Below are positions 1-11,014 of a stretch of 32,000 bases of DNA, in pieces. The DNA comes from Wallemia ichthyophaga EXF-994 (taxonomy: Eukaryota; Fungi; Basidiomycota), in assembly GCF_000400465.1 (NCBI RefSeq), contig NW_008806281.1, positions 60,001 to 92,000 on the forward strand. Direction: 5' to 3'. Under the pieces are notes generated by a model, which had not been told where the DNA came from, did no database searches, and saw only the letters and a list, made by a program, of their open reading frames with translations. The position numbers and the translations under genes were made by a program. Position 1 is the stretch's first letter. Each line of letters opens with the position of its first letter.

Positions 1-2
1 CC

Positions 3-1142
3 ATTGATGATCAAGACAGCGTTAGATTGCTCACCGTAGAAGCATTGATCACAATCATGAAGAAGCTAGACAAATCTCAAGTTAACTCTGAGCTCTTGCC
101 TTGTGTTCGAGCTGCATGCAACGACGCTTCTTGGAGAGTTAGATTCATGGTTGGCCAGAAGTTTGTTGAAATGGCTGAATGCGTCAATCAAGATATCATT
201 CGTGATGAATTGGTACAGGCTTTCGTTAACTTGTTAAAGGATAATGAGGCAGAAGTTAGAACTGCGTCCGCTTCTCAAATACCTGGCGTCGCTAAATTTG
301 TTGATCAAGAAATAGTTTTGGCAAAGATATTGCCCGTTGTGAGAGATATTGCAGGTGATCAATCACAACATGTTAGAGCAGCCGTTGCGAATGAATTATC
401 AGGATTAGCACCATTATTGGGTAAAGATGAAACAGTTGAAAACGTTTTACCAATTTTCCTTCAACTTTTGAAAGATGAATTCCCAGATGTTAGATTAAAC
501 ATCATTTCAAGACTTGATAAGGTGAATGATGTGATTGGTATTGATTACCTTTCAAAGGCATTACTACCCGCAATCTTTGAGTTAGCAGAAGATAAACAAT
601 GGAGAGTTAGACAAGCAATAATTGAGTATATACCACTTTTAGCAAAACAATTAGGCGTAGAATTCTTCAATGAGCAATTGGGTAACCTTTGCATGTCATG
701 GTTGGGTGATACAGTATTCTCAATAAGAGATGCAGCGACTATAAACTTAAAAAATTTGACAGAAGTGTTTGGATCAGATTGGGCATCACAAACGGTAGTA
801 CCAAAGGTGGTAGCAATGGGAAATCACTCCAACTACTTATACAGAATGACGACAGTATTTGCGATAACGACAATGTCACCTGCATTACAACCAAAAGTGA
901 TTCAAGAGCAAATATTAACGATAATATTATCATTAACGACAGATGCAATTCCAAATGTTCGATTCAACGTTGCAAAATGTTTAGAAGTATTGAGTGGAAA
1001 CCTACAACAAACACCAGAAGGACAAGAAGTAATCCAAAGAGAAATTTTACCTGCGGTGGACAAGCTGAAAGAGGATCCAGATGCAGATGTGAGGTACTTC
1101 TCAAATAAAGCAATTGAGTCAATTACAGGTGTTAAAAACTAA
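3..1142 (+). CDS. TPD3: Protein phosphatase 2A scaffold (A) subunit, HEAT repeats; 5'-partial
   Basis: Frame is open from the window edge (IDDQDSVRLL...). Contains PP2A-A hallmark segments DASWRVRFMV, LLKDNEAEVR, LLKDEFPDVRLNIIS, LAEDKQWRVR, WLGDTVFSIRDAA, HSNYLYRMT, D.IPNVRFNVAK and DPDADVRYFS. Confidence 0.96.
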   Translation: MDDQDSVRLLTVEALITIMKKLDKSQVNSELLPCVRAACNDASWRVRFMVGQKFVEMAECVNQDIIRDELVQAFVNLLKDNEAEVRTASASQIPGVAKFVDQEIVLAKILPVVRDIAGDQSQHVRAAVANELSGLAPLLGKDETVENVLPIFLQLLKDEFPDVRLNIISRLDKVNDVIGIDYLSKALLPAIFELAEDKQWRVRQAIIEYIPLLAKQLGVEFFNEQLGNLCMSWLGDTVFSIRDAATINLKNLTEVFGSDWASQTVVPKVVAMGNHSNYLYRMTTVFAITTMSPALQPKVIQEQILTIILSLTTDAIPNVRFNVAKCLEVLSGNLQQTPEGQEVIQREILPAVDKLKEDPDADVRYFSNKAIESITGVKN

Positions 1143-1232
1143 TTATAATTGTAATTAACGATTTAACTTTTTTATTTGATTGAGTCATCGAGTCATCATC
1201 TAGTTATTGAGTCTGTCAATACCGTGATCACA

Positions 1233-2876
1233 ATGGATTCAAACGAAGTGATCACGCTTGATCACGCAGAGCCCAGCCATTCATCATCGCCGTTAAATAG
1301 ATTACAGCAGTCACCTTCACATTCCAGCCTCGGTGTTTCAAAGTTGCTGTCACTGCCCGCTATCAATCTCAGTCTACACTCGTCTATAGTGTTTCTACAT
1401 CCACGACTCAACGATAACAATGAGGACGATGATGGCAGTGTTAGTCTACCACCACCTTCTTCTGAAGATGAGGATGTTATCCGAGGTGTGGTTGAGCTTT
1501 ACCTGCCATCATCACGTAAAATACACGGGATAGAAGTTAGGTTAATTGGATCTCAATGTATTAACTTCCCGAGTGGTGCATACGAGACTTTTCCAGTTCT
1601 CGACAAGTTTGTCGAGATAGATAAGACTTATTTGGAGAAAGGCACGCATAAATTTGAGTTTTCAATTATTATTCCATCTTCAACGCCGGGGTATGAGAGG
1701 TGCGCCTATGGGCGGGTGTACTACTATGTACGAGCCAAAGCGATAAGTGCAGGACCGCTCGGATTTGATTTAACGGATTCGAGGGAGGTGCTACTCGTTA
1801 TTAACCCCAATCCTGAAGGAGAACCGAGTGGATTGAGCTGGCACCACGATCAGATAATCGACGGTCTTGGAGCTATGTCTATAGATGTAGAATCTACCCA
1901 TCTTACTATCGGCGGACCTGTTCATTTACGCCTCCACCTCCACGAACCACCAAAGGGCGCCACGTTGCATTGCATCAATGTGTCGTTGCTGCAATATATC
2001 ACTCTGCGCAATAGAGATAGGAGTAAGGAGGAGAAAGCACCGGCTGTAGCTGTGAAATTCTTTCAACTTGGTTCGAGGAAACACGAGCCACTGCTCAGTC
2101 CATATGAGGAAGTGGACGAGGATGGATGGAAGCATGAGTGGATAGGCAGACTACCTGACGACGACCACGCCCGTCCGAGCACAGTCAAGACCAACAAAAC
2201 ATCCATCATCATCTCACATCAGTTGCTAGTACAGATATTCGTCACACCGTCCAACCTAGACGGAGAGCACGTGCGCGATAAAGATGATAAATCGCAGATG
2301 AAAGTTATAAGCATACGTAGACCTATCTTCGCCAGTAGCTGCTGCGTGAGTCTCGACTCAATCACACTGCCCGCTTATGAAGAGGTTGCACCCAGTCAAG
2401 ATGTAATGTACGAGTGTGCATGTGGTCAGCCGTTGAAATCACTTATTGCTAAAGAAACAGCGGTACCGCAAACGGGATCGGGTGGGGTAATGTCAATGTC
2501 AAGTGGTGGCATGCATGGTGGTATGCCAGGCACATCTGATCTCAGTAATGCTCTGCTACCTATCGCACAGGAGCAGGAAGATGAAGAGAAGGCGAGACTG
2601 GCTAATGAAGATGGCAGACAGGGTAGAACTCATGCGCGATTCGCTGATAATTATGTTAGCAGACAGCAGTCGAGAGATAGCTCCCTTAATAGAAACACAC
2701 GCTCTAGGTCACGCCCTTCATCCATCACATCGCCATGTATAGAACCCTCACCGTCGTCACAGTCACTCTCACGTGAAGCTAGATCTAGATCAAGGAATTG
2801 GTTCAAGCGCGCCACTTCAAGATCTACCTCAAGAGCTAACAGTAGAGCTCCTTCACCGGCTAGACGTAATTCGTAA
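1233..2876 (+). CDS. Alpha-arrestin / arrestin-N domain protein (probable Rsp5/Nedd4 adaptor)
   Basis: Arrestin-N pattern IRGVVEL...I.VRLIG...LEKGTHKFEFSIIIPSSTPGYERCAYGRVYYYVRA. Has an LPAY (L/PPxY-type) motif and an S/R-rich tail. First ATG is at 1233; the ORF track starts at an upstream TTG. Confidence 0.8.
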   Translation: MDSNEVITLDHAEPSHSSSPLNRLQQSPSHSSLGVSKLLSLPAINLSLHSSIVFLHPRLNDNNEDDDGSVSLPPPSSEDEDVIRGVVELYLPSSRKIHGIEVRLIGSQCINFPSGAYETFPVLDKFVEIDKTYLEKGTHKFEFSIIIPSSTPGYERCAYGRVYYYVRAKAISAGPLGFDLTDSREVLLVINPNPEGEPSGLSWHHDQIIDGLGAMSIDVESTHLTIGGPVHLRLHLHEPPKGATLHCINVSLLQYITLRNRDRSKEEKAPAVAVKFFQLGSRKHEPLLSPYEEVDEDGWKHEWIGRLPDDDHARPSTVKTNKTSIIISHQLLVQIFVTPSNLDGEHVRDKDDKSQMKVISIRRPIFASSCCVSLDSITLPAYEEVAPSQDVMYECACGQPLKSLIAKETAVPQTGSGGVMSMSSGGMHGGMPGTSDLSNALLPIAQEQEDEEKARLANEDGRQGRTHARFADNYVSRQQSRDSSLNRNTRSRSRPSSITSPCIEPSPSSQSLSREARSRSRNWFKRATSRSTSRANSRAPSPARRNS

Positions 2877-2952
2877 AATGTATTTGTAGATTTTAGTTTA
2901 AATATCCACGCATAGCATATTGTAATGTAATCGTTTTACTCGAGTGCTATAG

Positions 2953-3824
2953 TCACTGTGGTATAGTAATGACTTGCATGCCTATCCACTGACAATTAGG
3001 TTCAAGGGAGTAAAAGTCATTGACGTGTCCAGGTTCAACGCAAACGAATTGATTCCAACCGTTTTTGTGCATATCTGACATATTCTTTGCGCTTTCCTGA
3101 GGAGTGTGTTAGAGAAAGACGGATGAAAGGCACTCCATCACCAACTTACACTCGGATTCCACACAACAGTGTCTGGAAAGTTGTGTTTGCGAATTTTAAC
3201 GCCATTTGAGAGTTGCAAGTGGTCGTTAGTAGAGAGGTATACCGAGTCAGTGAGATTGTTTGCATGAACAATATCGCGTGATTCGATCACTTTGTTACTT
3301 GAAGCTGTCTTATCGAGGTAAGTGGCACCATTCAATCCAATAACGCCGACGTTGTGTGGGTTAGCGAGGTGATAAGTGTGGAGTAGAGCCTGGAAGGGGA
3401 GAGACTGAGTGGATGAAGGGTTGTGGACGTGAAGGGTGGAGGTAAGTTGATGGGCGGAGAGAGTGACAGTGTAAGTGAGAGTAGCTGGAGGGAGTTGAGG
3501 AGGGGAGTTGAGTGATAGTTTGATAGAGACACCGTCGTCGGAGTCCATAATCGGGCCATCGTAAGACCAATTCGAAATACGGGCGTAACCGTGTTGAGGG
3601 AGTTGTTTGTAAGGGCCATCAGAGGGAGGTTTACCGAAAATAGGGAATGCAATTGGTATACCGCCTCTAATTGCTTTATTGGGTTGACAGTTGTTTGATA
3701 AGAATAAGAGTTGGTTACCGTGGGAGTCCTTAAAGGAGGTGATTGTGGCACCCAGTGTAGACACAGTGGTTGAGTTGCCGGTAGAATGAATTAAATGGAT
3801 TTTATCATTCTCAAGTGAAATCAT
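2953..3824 (-). CDS. Galactose-mutarotase-like / glucose-6-phosphate 1-epimerase; 2 exons (3824-3150, 3096-2953)
   Basis: Motifs GATITSF, KAIRGGIPIAFPIFG, QHGYAR, FQALLHTY and DTVVWNP. A 53-nt intron (3149-3097, GTAAG...CAG) joins in frame to ESAKNMSDM...FVCVEPGHV, ending in TGA at 2955-2953. Confidence 0.9.
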
Positions 3825-3845
3825 TCTGATTCTTATTCAATTACA

Positions 3846-6433
3846 ATGGTGGTTGAAGATGAAGAAGTAAACAAAAAGCTGGGAATGTTGACAGTGGATG
3901 CACTAAAGAATATTATTAGAAGTTTAAATTCGCATTTAAAATTAAAACTCAGATTATCTGGCAATAAATCTGATTTCATTGATAGAATTGAGGACACTGT
4001 TGATCATTATAAGTTTAATAATAAAGCCAATTGGGATATTACAAGGGATATTATAACCCAGATTTTCAACACTGGTACTTATTCACGGCCTGCTAATGGT
4101 TCTGGTCCGAGGCAGCAACCACAGCAGCCACAGCAACCACAGCCACCAGTACAACCACAACCAAAACCACCTACACACCCTTCCCTCACCTGGAAAACAA
4201 ACCCCTTTCAATCCATTATCAAGCAAATTTCCCACGTCGCTGTCCTCAACGAAGCCAGAGACAGATCCCTTAGAAGTGCCCTATTGGAGTTTAAAATCCC
4301 ACCCGACTACTCCCAGCAACTTTATCAATCTAGAATTGTCCCCTCAAACCCCGTCCGTCATCAACTCAGAATCTACGCGGCTTCCTCTGACTTTTACAAG
4401 CCCCCCCTCTTCGATCAACCCCTCCCAATCGATTTTCCCGTTCTTTGCGACCTTAAAATTAACGGAAACCCTCTCAAATCAAACACAAGAGGCGTTAGGA
4501 ATCAACCTGGCACCGCTGCTCCTCCCAACGCTGATTCTGATAAATCCCTTCGCATCTCTCCAAACGCTTCAAACACCCTTGAAGTCGTTTATAGAGATAC
4601 TAACAAGAAACATTACATTGTCATTAACCTCGTCGAGCAATACAGTTGTGATCATTTGGTTAACTTGGTTAAACAGCAACCTCAAATTCCTTCTTCTGAT
4701 GTCTTAGATAAGTGTAAGTGAAGATTGTCACCCCACTCCATCCATCTCTTAGCCCTTTCACAGACCGTTCAATGCAAGATAACGACGATGTCGTCGCAGG
4801 TGCTTCCACACTCAGCTTGAAATGTCCCATCGGTTTCTTCAGAATGAACACTCCAATACGTCCAACCTCCTCTCAATCTCTTCAATGTTTCGATGCCATG
4901 TCCTTCTTTTCTATCAACGAGCAACTACCAACTTTCACCGACCCTTCATCAAAGAAACCAATCAAGTTCAACGATCTTGCAGTCGATCAATACACGTACG
5001 ACATACTCCAAGCCATCCCACAAGATTACGGTAGTGTGATTGTTGAACCAGACGCTGAATGGCACACTGAAGATGGCAAATACGGTTCAGATGCATGGAT
5101 GGCTGCAAAATTGGCTAATAACACATCTCATCCTTCTCACGACAAGCAGTCAACTGACAAGTCAGAAAGTTTAATCAAATCGGGTAAAAAGGTTAAAAAG
5201 GAAAAATCTGCTGAAATTCTTAACCTTTCCAGTGACGATGAGGAGACTGATCATAGTGCTGTTGCCGCTGGTTCGTCTAATCAACCACCTTCAATCACTC
5301 CCCAGTCACGTCAAAAGCTGCCAAAACAACAGGTCATTGATTTGACACTGTCGTCAGATGATGAGGGTGATCAAAGGGTGAATCCAAACAATACTGGTGA
5401 TGAAACTCGAGATACTACAAACACCCAAGATACAACCAACACTCAACATACTCCCAAAGCCCAAGATCCTGCTCAAGAAACAACCGCTCACAACTCCCTC
5501 AAGAGGAATAGAGAAGAGGAAGAGGAGAGTGCGAATGAGTGTGAAAAGAGGAGGCTGATTGAAAATGGTAATGCGGTTAGTGTGACTGAGAATGGTAATG
5601 GTGGTGTTGGTGGTGGTACTAATGCAGTTACACCAAATCCATCGAGCAATTTGCAGTCGCCAGCAGTAATTGAAAGACCACCTAGTGCAACACAAGATAT
5701 CCCACCAGCAATACAGCAAGCACAAGAAGAAATGCCATCACAGAGCAATACGCATATACAAAATGAGGTGCCTCTCAATCAACCAGAAAGGTCACCAAGT
5801 GTGCAAAAGTATAGATCCCAGAGCGATGTGCAAGATACGCCACATTACAATAACAGTCCCAGTAATATTCACAGTCTTAATAATCTGCCAGAAAGGCCAC
5901 TGGGCAATCCACCTGTCAGACACGTATCAGCACCACAAACTTCCTCTATTTCGTCGCTGGTATTGCCAAATTCTGGCCCACCAGGAGCAGCACCAGCAGC
6001 ACCATCACCGCCACGACCATTGACACCACAACTCCAATCTAGGAACTCGAGTATTGCGACTATGACAAGGCCGTCAATTAGCTACCAGCAACCCCAACCA
6101 TATAGACCATACTCAATTGCTGGTTTGGCACATACGCAGCATCCACCGCTGGATATGACAGCCCAGACGGCACAAGAGCCAATACATCAACCTATACATC
6201 AGCCTCGATTCGGCGGTTTACAACCCATACTAAATACTCAAGTTCCGCAAGTATCGCAAGTACCACAAGTGCCGCAAGCACCCCAATCTCCGCAAGTACC
6301 ACAAGCTCCGCAAGCTCACCACGGACTTCCCCTGCCTAGACCGACATACGCTAAACCTCCTACGAATCCAATCTACAGACCACCGTCGCAACGCAACGGC
6401 AATGGCAGCGCTAGCAACTACAAGACGTGGTAG
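3846..6433 (+). CDS. SIZ1: Siz/PIAS-family SUMO E3 ligase (SAP-like, PINIT, SP-RING, SIMs, P/Q-rich tail); exons 3846-4713, 4764-6433
   Basis: SAP-like LTVDALKNIIR...LRLSGNKSDFIDRI and PINIT-like PLPIDFP...LKINGN...GVRNQPGTAAP. A 50-nt intron (4714-4763, GTAAGT...CAG) joins DK/YRSMQDNDDVVAG..TLSLKCPI...QCFDA. Acidic-flanked SIM-like motifs ILNLSSDDEE and VIDLTLSSDDE. Confidence 0.88.
6235..6315 (+). repeat. Imperfect 9-bp coding repeat (PQV/PQA)n in the SIZ1 tail
   Basis: Translation TQVPQVSQVPQVPQAPQSPQVPQAPQA. Confidence 0.7.
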
Positions 6434-6539
6434 TGGTAGCGTTTCAGCGTGTTAGCGCGTCTGAGCAAATAACACGTCTAATTATTTAATTCCTTTGTTG
6501 TATTGTAGCTGTAAATGATAAGCTTATCGGTTGACGGTC

Positions 6540-9500
6540 ATGTTCGATTCATTCCCCGATATATTTGGTGGTAACGGTAGTGGCGGCGGCGGCGGCAGTG
6601 GCAGCAGTAGACACAAAGACGAAAGAAAAGCGAGAAATAGAGATGAAGATACACGCAGGCAGAGAAGGCACAGCGATAGAGATAGAGACAGGCAGCGGCG
6701 TAAGAGGAGGGAACTAGAGCGATACAATGAGGATTACGACAATAATCGATCGATTTCAAATACCACCGACTTCCGCCCACCAAAGCTCACTCACGACGAT
6801 AAGCGTTTCTTCTACACAAGCTCATTTCCTGAGAATAACCTTCTTCTTCTTGAGGGTCCTGAAATATCTACCATTCCGCGATATCGACGCTCTGGGCGTG
6901 AGTTTACTTACGGAGTTTCTGTCATGGTGCGTATGTGCTAACAATGCAATCCAACAGGCGGAAGAGTACTAGGCTTGCCTAGAGATATGCGCATTAGTGA
7001 AAAGGTGCATTACACGACGCGCAACATTATCCTCCCGTCTTCCAATGCATTGCGATCGCTGCGATCATCCAAGACACGTATGCCTGCACCCGAAAGCGAC
7101 GTGAGGCGGATAAGGTGTTCGAATAGTGACCTAAAAACAGGAGATGATTTCGTACCTGTTGTAAGTGATCGCAGGAAGGCTAAAGAACGAGAGGCGCATC
7201 AACGTGGCTTCCTCACGCTCGATGTGGACTATAGGGGAGTGAAAGGACCCTCAAAACCTGGCGCTATCGATGAGGATGTACACCCTTCTTACAGCGATGA
7301 CAGTAGCGAAGAAGACTCCAACAACACAAGGTACAACGACACACTCAACAAACGAATCGAATGGGATAGATATCTCAAAGCCTCCCCACAAGACGTGCAG
7401 GGTTGGTTGGATTATGTTGATTTTCAAAGCGATATTGTCACCCATCAGCATAACGAATTCAATAGAAAAACTGCTCAGAACGTCGTCTTGGATTTACAAT
7501 ACCAGGTGCTCGACAAGGCGCTCTCGCATCAGCCGCGCAATTTGGATCTAGTCGTAAAGAAGCTGCAATGCGGTGCGAAGGGATCGCGCGAGGGTTTGGG
7601 AAAAGATTTCAGAATTGCCATTCACAACCACAAAGGCAAGCCTGGTGTGTATAGAATATGGAAAGCTTACATAGACTACGCTCAATGTTACGCTTCAATC
7701 ATAGCACCTGGGGAATTATTCCCTAATGAGTACGACAGCTTGTGCTCATTCGAGATTGTGTCCAGGATTTATATGGACGCTTTTCGTGATTTGATTGATA
7801 TGTCTGATCTGACTCATCTGGCTGATATTGCAGCTGAAGACAACCTTCTTCAACTCTTCTTCAGATACTGCTCATTCCTCTTAAGCGCAGGATACACTGA
7901 ACGTGTATACTCCCTTTACCAAGCAATGTTTGAACTTAATTTTAGAGGCGTCCATCTGAACAAGCTTGGTGAGCTGTGGTATGACTACAAGTATAGGCGT
8001 GTTGGGGACGAGCTGACTGATGCTGAGGACGTTTATCAATTAGAGTACCCCACACACCCCAACTTTCAGCTGGAGGAGTGGCATGAGTACGAGAAATTCA
8101 ACGATGACATTGACAACGCTTTCCCTGTCGCTGGCGAGCAGAATAATAGTGATGATCCGTTTAGGAATGTTATATGGGAAGTTGACTTGTTACCATACCT
8201 GTTCAGCCTGCGTGGCTATAGCAGCAGAATGAGGCTAGCTGATAGCTTGCTAAATGTCTTTGGTATAGGTGTTGCTCTTAGCGGGTTGAACACGAATCAC
8301 CCTCTTCTCCATGACTCCCTGTTGCAGGGATCATCCAATTACAACGAGTTTTTTGAAGATAGCAGTCACTTATCCTTCAATCAACCGCAATACGTCAACA
8401 CACTCTTCCCATTCAGTGATTGTCCAACTATAATTCACAACGAGCATTTGGGAAATTTGCAGAGGATTATAGATGATTTGGGCATAACACATTTACAGAT
8501 GTTGCTATGTAAAGACGACAATCGCAAACTCAAACACTTGCTCGCGGCAAACCCTGACAAAAAGGATCTATACGATATATACGCAAGGATCCAATACGGC
8601 AAGGGTAAAATAGAAGCTGCTAGAAAGGTCTACAGCGAATGTCTGAAAGGTACAGGTGATGATGAGACCAACAAAGTCAAATTATGCTACAGTTGGTCGC
8701 ATATGGAGTTGGTGCAAGGTAATCGGAATGCTGCTCTGAATGTCTTGTGTGATGGTATTACCGTTGGAGTCGTCGATGATGGTGAGTTAGGTGATAGGCT
8801 GGTATTGATTATCCTGACTAAAACGTCTTAAGTCACTAGAGAGCAGAGTTCAATTAACATACTTAAAGCTCGCAAATTGTGGTCTTCGCAAGATTCATCA
8901 GCAGCTTTTGAGGCTGTCAGCTGTCGTGCTCTGTTTGAACTTCTCGTCAGCAGCTCGGTAGATAAAGCCGTGTCTATTTATGAGGAGTCACTGAAAAATC
9001 TTGACAAGCCATCATACGCTCATGAAGTGCTAACGTCGGAGCTGGTGCGTTTTGTTGATGCGCTAGATAAGTTGCATGACGCAGATAGATCTGTGCAGTT
9101 ACCATCGACCAGCACCACAAAGCGTATACTTAGAGGCGCTATCAGTGAATATCCCTACAATAGCTTCTTTAGCTACTCATACTACACTGCCAAAACTAAG
9201 CTCGATGGATATAGGCAGCTGTTTGACGAAGAAGTAGCCGAGAATGCACATTCGGTGGTTTACATACAAGCCGTGATGAACATTATGGATAAGAAAAGAG
9301 TTAGCAATACATCCTTGTTGAATCGGGTGAGGAGGGTGTTTACGATGGGCACTCTATCGCAGGATGCGCAACACTCTGTCGCGCTTTGGAAGCTATACTT
9401 TCAGTTCGAGTGGCATGTTGCAAGCGATTATAAGTTAGCCGAGCAGGTGATAATCAACAGTCTTAGATATTGCCCGTGGTCGAAACAGCTCCACATGCTG

Positions 9501-9698
9501 CTCTTCGATCTGTCCAACAAGACTCAAGTGGAGAGCCATTTGCTGCAGGTGCTCACGCTTATGGATAAATATGGCATGCGGCTCCGTATTGACCCTTCGC
9601 CATATATTAGGCGAGCTGTTGAGTTGGAGATTAGCAAAGGTGAGGGATTGCATGTGGAGCCATTGAGCGAAAATAGTGATGAAGAAATGTTCATGTAG
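6540..9698 (+). CDS. NRDE2: NRDE-2/Nrl1-like HAT-repeat nuclear RNA-processing protein; exons 6540-6897, 6958-8781, 8833-9698
   Basis: N-terminal MFDSFP and an R/D-rich segment. A 60-nt intron (6898-6957) restores IPRYRRSG/RGRVLGLP. Also L...PQDVQGWLDYVDFQ, FLLSAGYTERVYSLYQAMFELNF, DDPFRNV, and a C-terminal ALWKLYFQFE...CPWSKQL. The second intron (8782-8832, GTGAGT...TAAG) restores the frame; its acceptor is less certain. Confidence 0.82.
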
Positions 9699-9724
9699 AA
9701 ATCCATTCATTTGATGCGCATATT

Positions 9725-10437
9725 TCACAGCGCTATCCCACCTTCGACTGCGTAATAGCCTTCTGGTGTTGTGGTTCCGACTGCGGCAATTTCGATGCGC
9801 TCAAAAGGGTATGGACCACCAATGTTCAAATCTCCGAGAGACTTTTGCACGCTGCTGTAGGAAAAATTTGGCCTCTTCAGCTTCTTCTGCGTGCTTGATG
9901 TTTTTAGAATTGTGCAATGCAACTAGGAGATAGATTAGATGTTTTGTATTTCGATTAGTTGACCCACAGTAGGCGGACCTGTATCGCTAAGCAAACCCTC
10001 TTCTCTGAATTTCTTCCTCACAATCCCCGACACTATGTCTAGAATACCGTTCTCAGACGGCCTATAGTAGAGGACGCGTGCATTATCCTCATTAGGGAAG
10101 CATCCCAGATTGTTCATATGTATAAGGTTGTTATGTGATAGCAATTTGATGATGTCGGGTTTGAGCGAATCAAGCAGAGCGATCGCCGTGGGTATGGTGG
10201 TTTCAGATAAGCGCAACAGTCCTAATGTGAAGTGAAGCTTAGTCGATTTTACGAAGTCCTCCTCTTTGATGCCGTCTATCTCGACTTGGATAAGTTTCGC
10301 TCGTATCTGGTTGAGACGTGGCCGAATGGATGTCAATCTGGTCTATTGTCTTGTTACATAGGTGCACCGATACACCAACTACCTACCAACGGTACGCTTA
10401 TAAAATGAGTAGGCTTCAGATCTTTACTTTGGGGCAT
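9725..10437 (-). CDS. AKAP7/ASCC1-type 2H phosphoesterase domain protein; exons 10437-10387, 10342-9968, 9922-9725
   Basis: Predicted splicing (introns 10386-10343 and 9967-9923) gives MPQSKDLKPTHFISVPL...KLHFTLGLL...LHCTILKT. These are the two HxT motifs of the 2H fold plus the PTHF.S.PL start typical of the AKAP7 domain. Confidence 0.78.
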
Positions 10438-10752
10438 GAGGAGTGACGGAAATAACTTAGAATTAGGCTGGATTTGTGATTATATAGGACAGTTTCCTCA
10501 ATTTTTTGGAATCAGCTCACGCTCTTTGCTGACTGCTTCCTTTTCGTCGGAAGTCTACCGGAAACTTCCGTAAATGTATAATAAATTAAGAAGTATGTAA
10601 TATGCATTTGATAGTAAGGCAGCGTTAATTTTGTAGCTTTAAAAAATGTCCATATTAAATTTGAAAGAGGAACCATAACTGGCTGAAAAATTGAGCAATA
10701 TGTATTCAAATATTTTTGTTTTTAATTGAGTGTTTCTCGCTACGGTTATCAA

Positions 10753-10825
10753 GCCTTGCTAGCTCAATCGGTAGAGCGTGTGACTCTTAATCACAAGGCT
10801 GCGGGTTCGAGCCCCGCGTGGGGCT
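10753..10825 (+). tRNA. tRNA-Lys (anticodon CTT), no intron
   Basis: 73-nt cloverleaf GCCTTGC-TA-GCTC...GAGC-G-TGTGA-CT[CTT]AA-TCACA-AGGCT-GCGGG-TTCGAGC-CCCGC-GTGGGGC-T. A T5 Pol III terminator follows 4 nt later. Confidence 0.95.
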
Positions 10826-11014
10826 AATATTTTTGCAGTCCACAAAATTATCGGAAAACATTCAATATGATATATTCAAGGCAGCCTATGTTATTTATAG
10901 TCAAAAAAAGTTATTTTTAGAGTGATGATATTTGCTTAATTAGTAGTCCAACTCAGACTACGCTACGTTTGATCATGATGAATGACTCTTGATTAAGGCC
11001 GTGATCTTTAAGAA

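Noticed and set aside
3330-4700. Strong G-rich then C-rich strand skew
   Set aside because: Explained by C-ending codon preference in two divergently oriented genes.
739-9728. Numerous 60-200 aa overlapping ORFs in the track
   Set aside because: They lie inside well-supported genes on other frames or strands and show no independent motifs.
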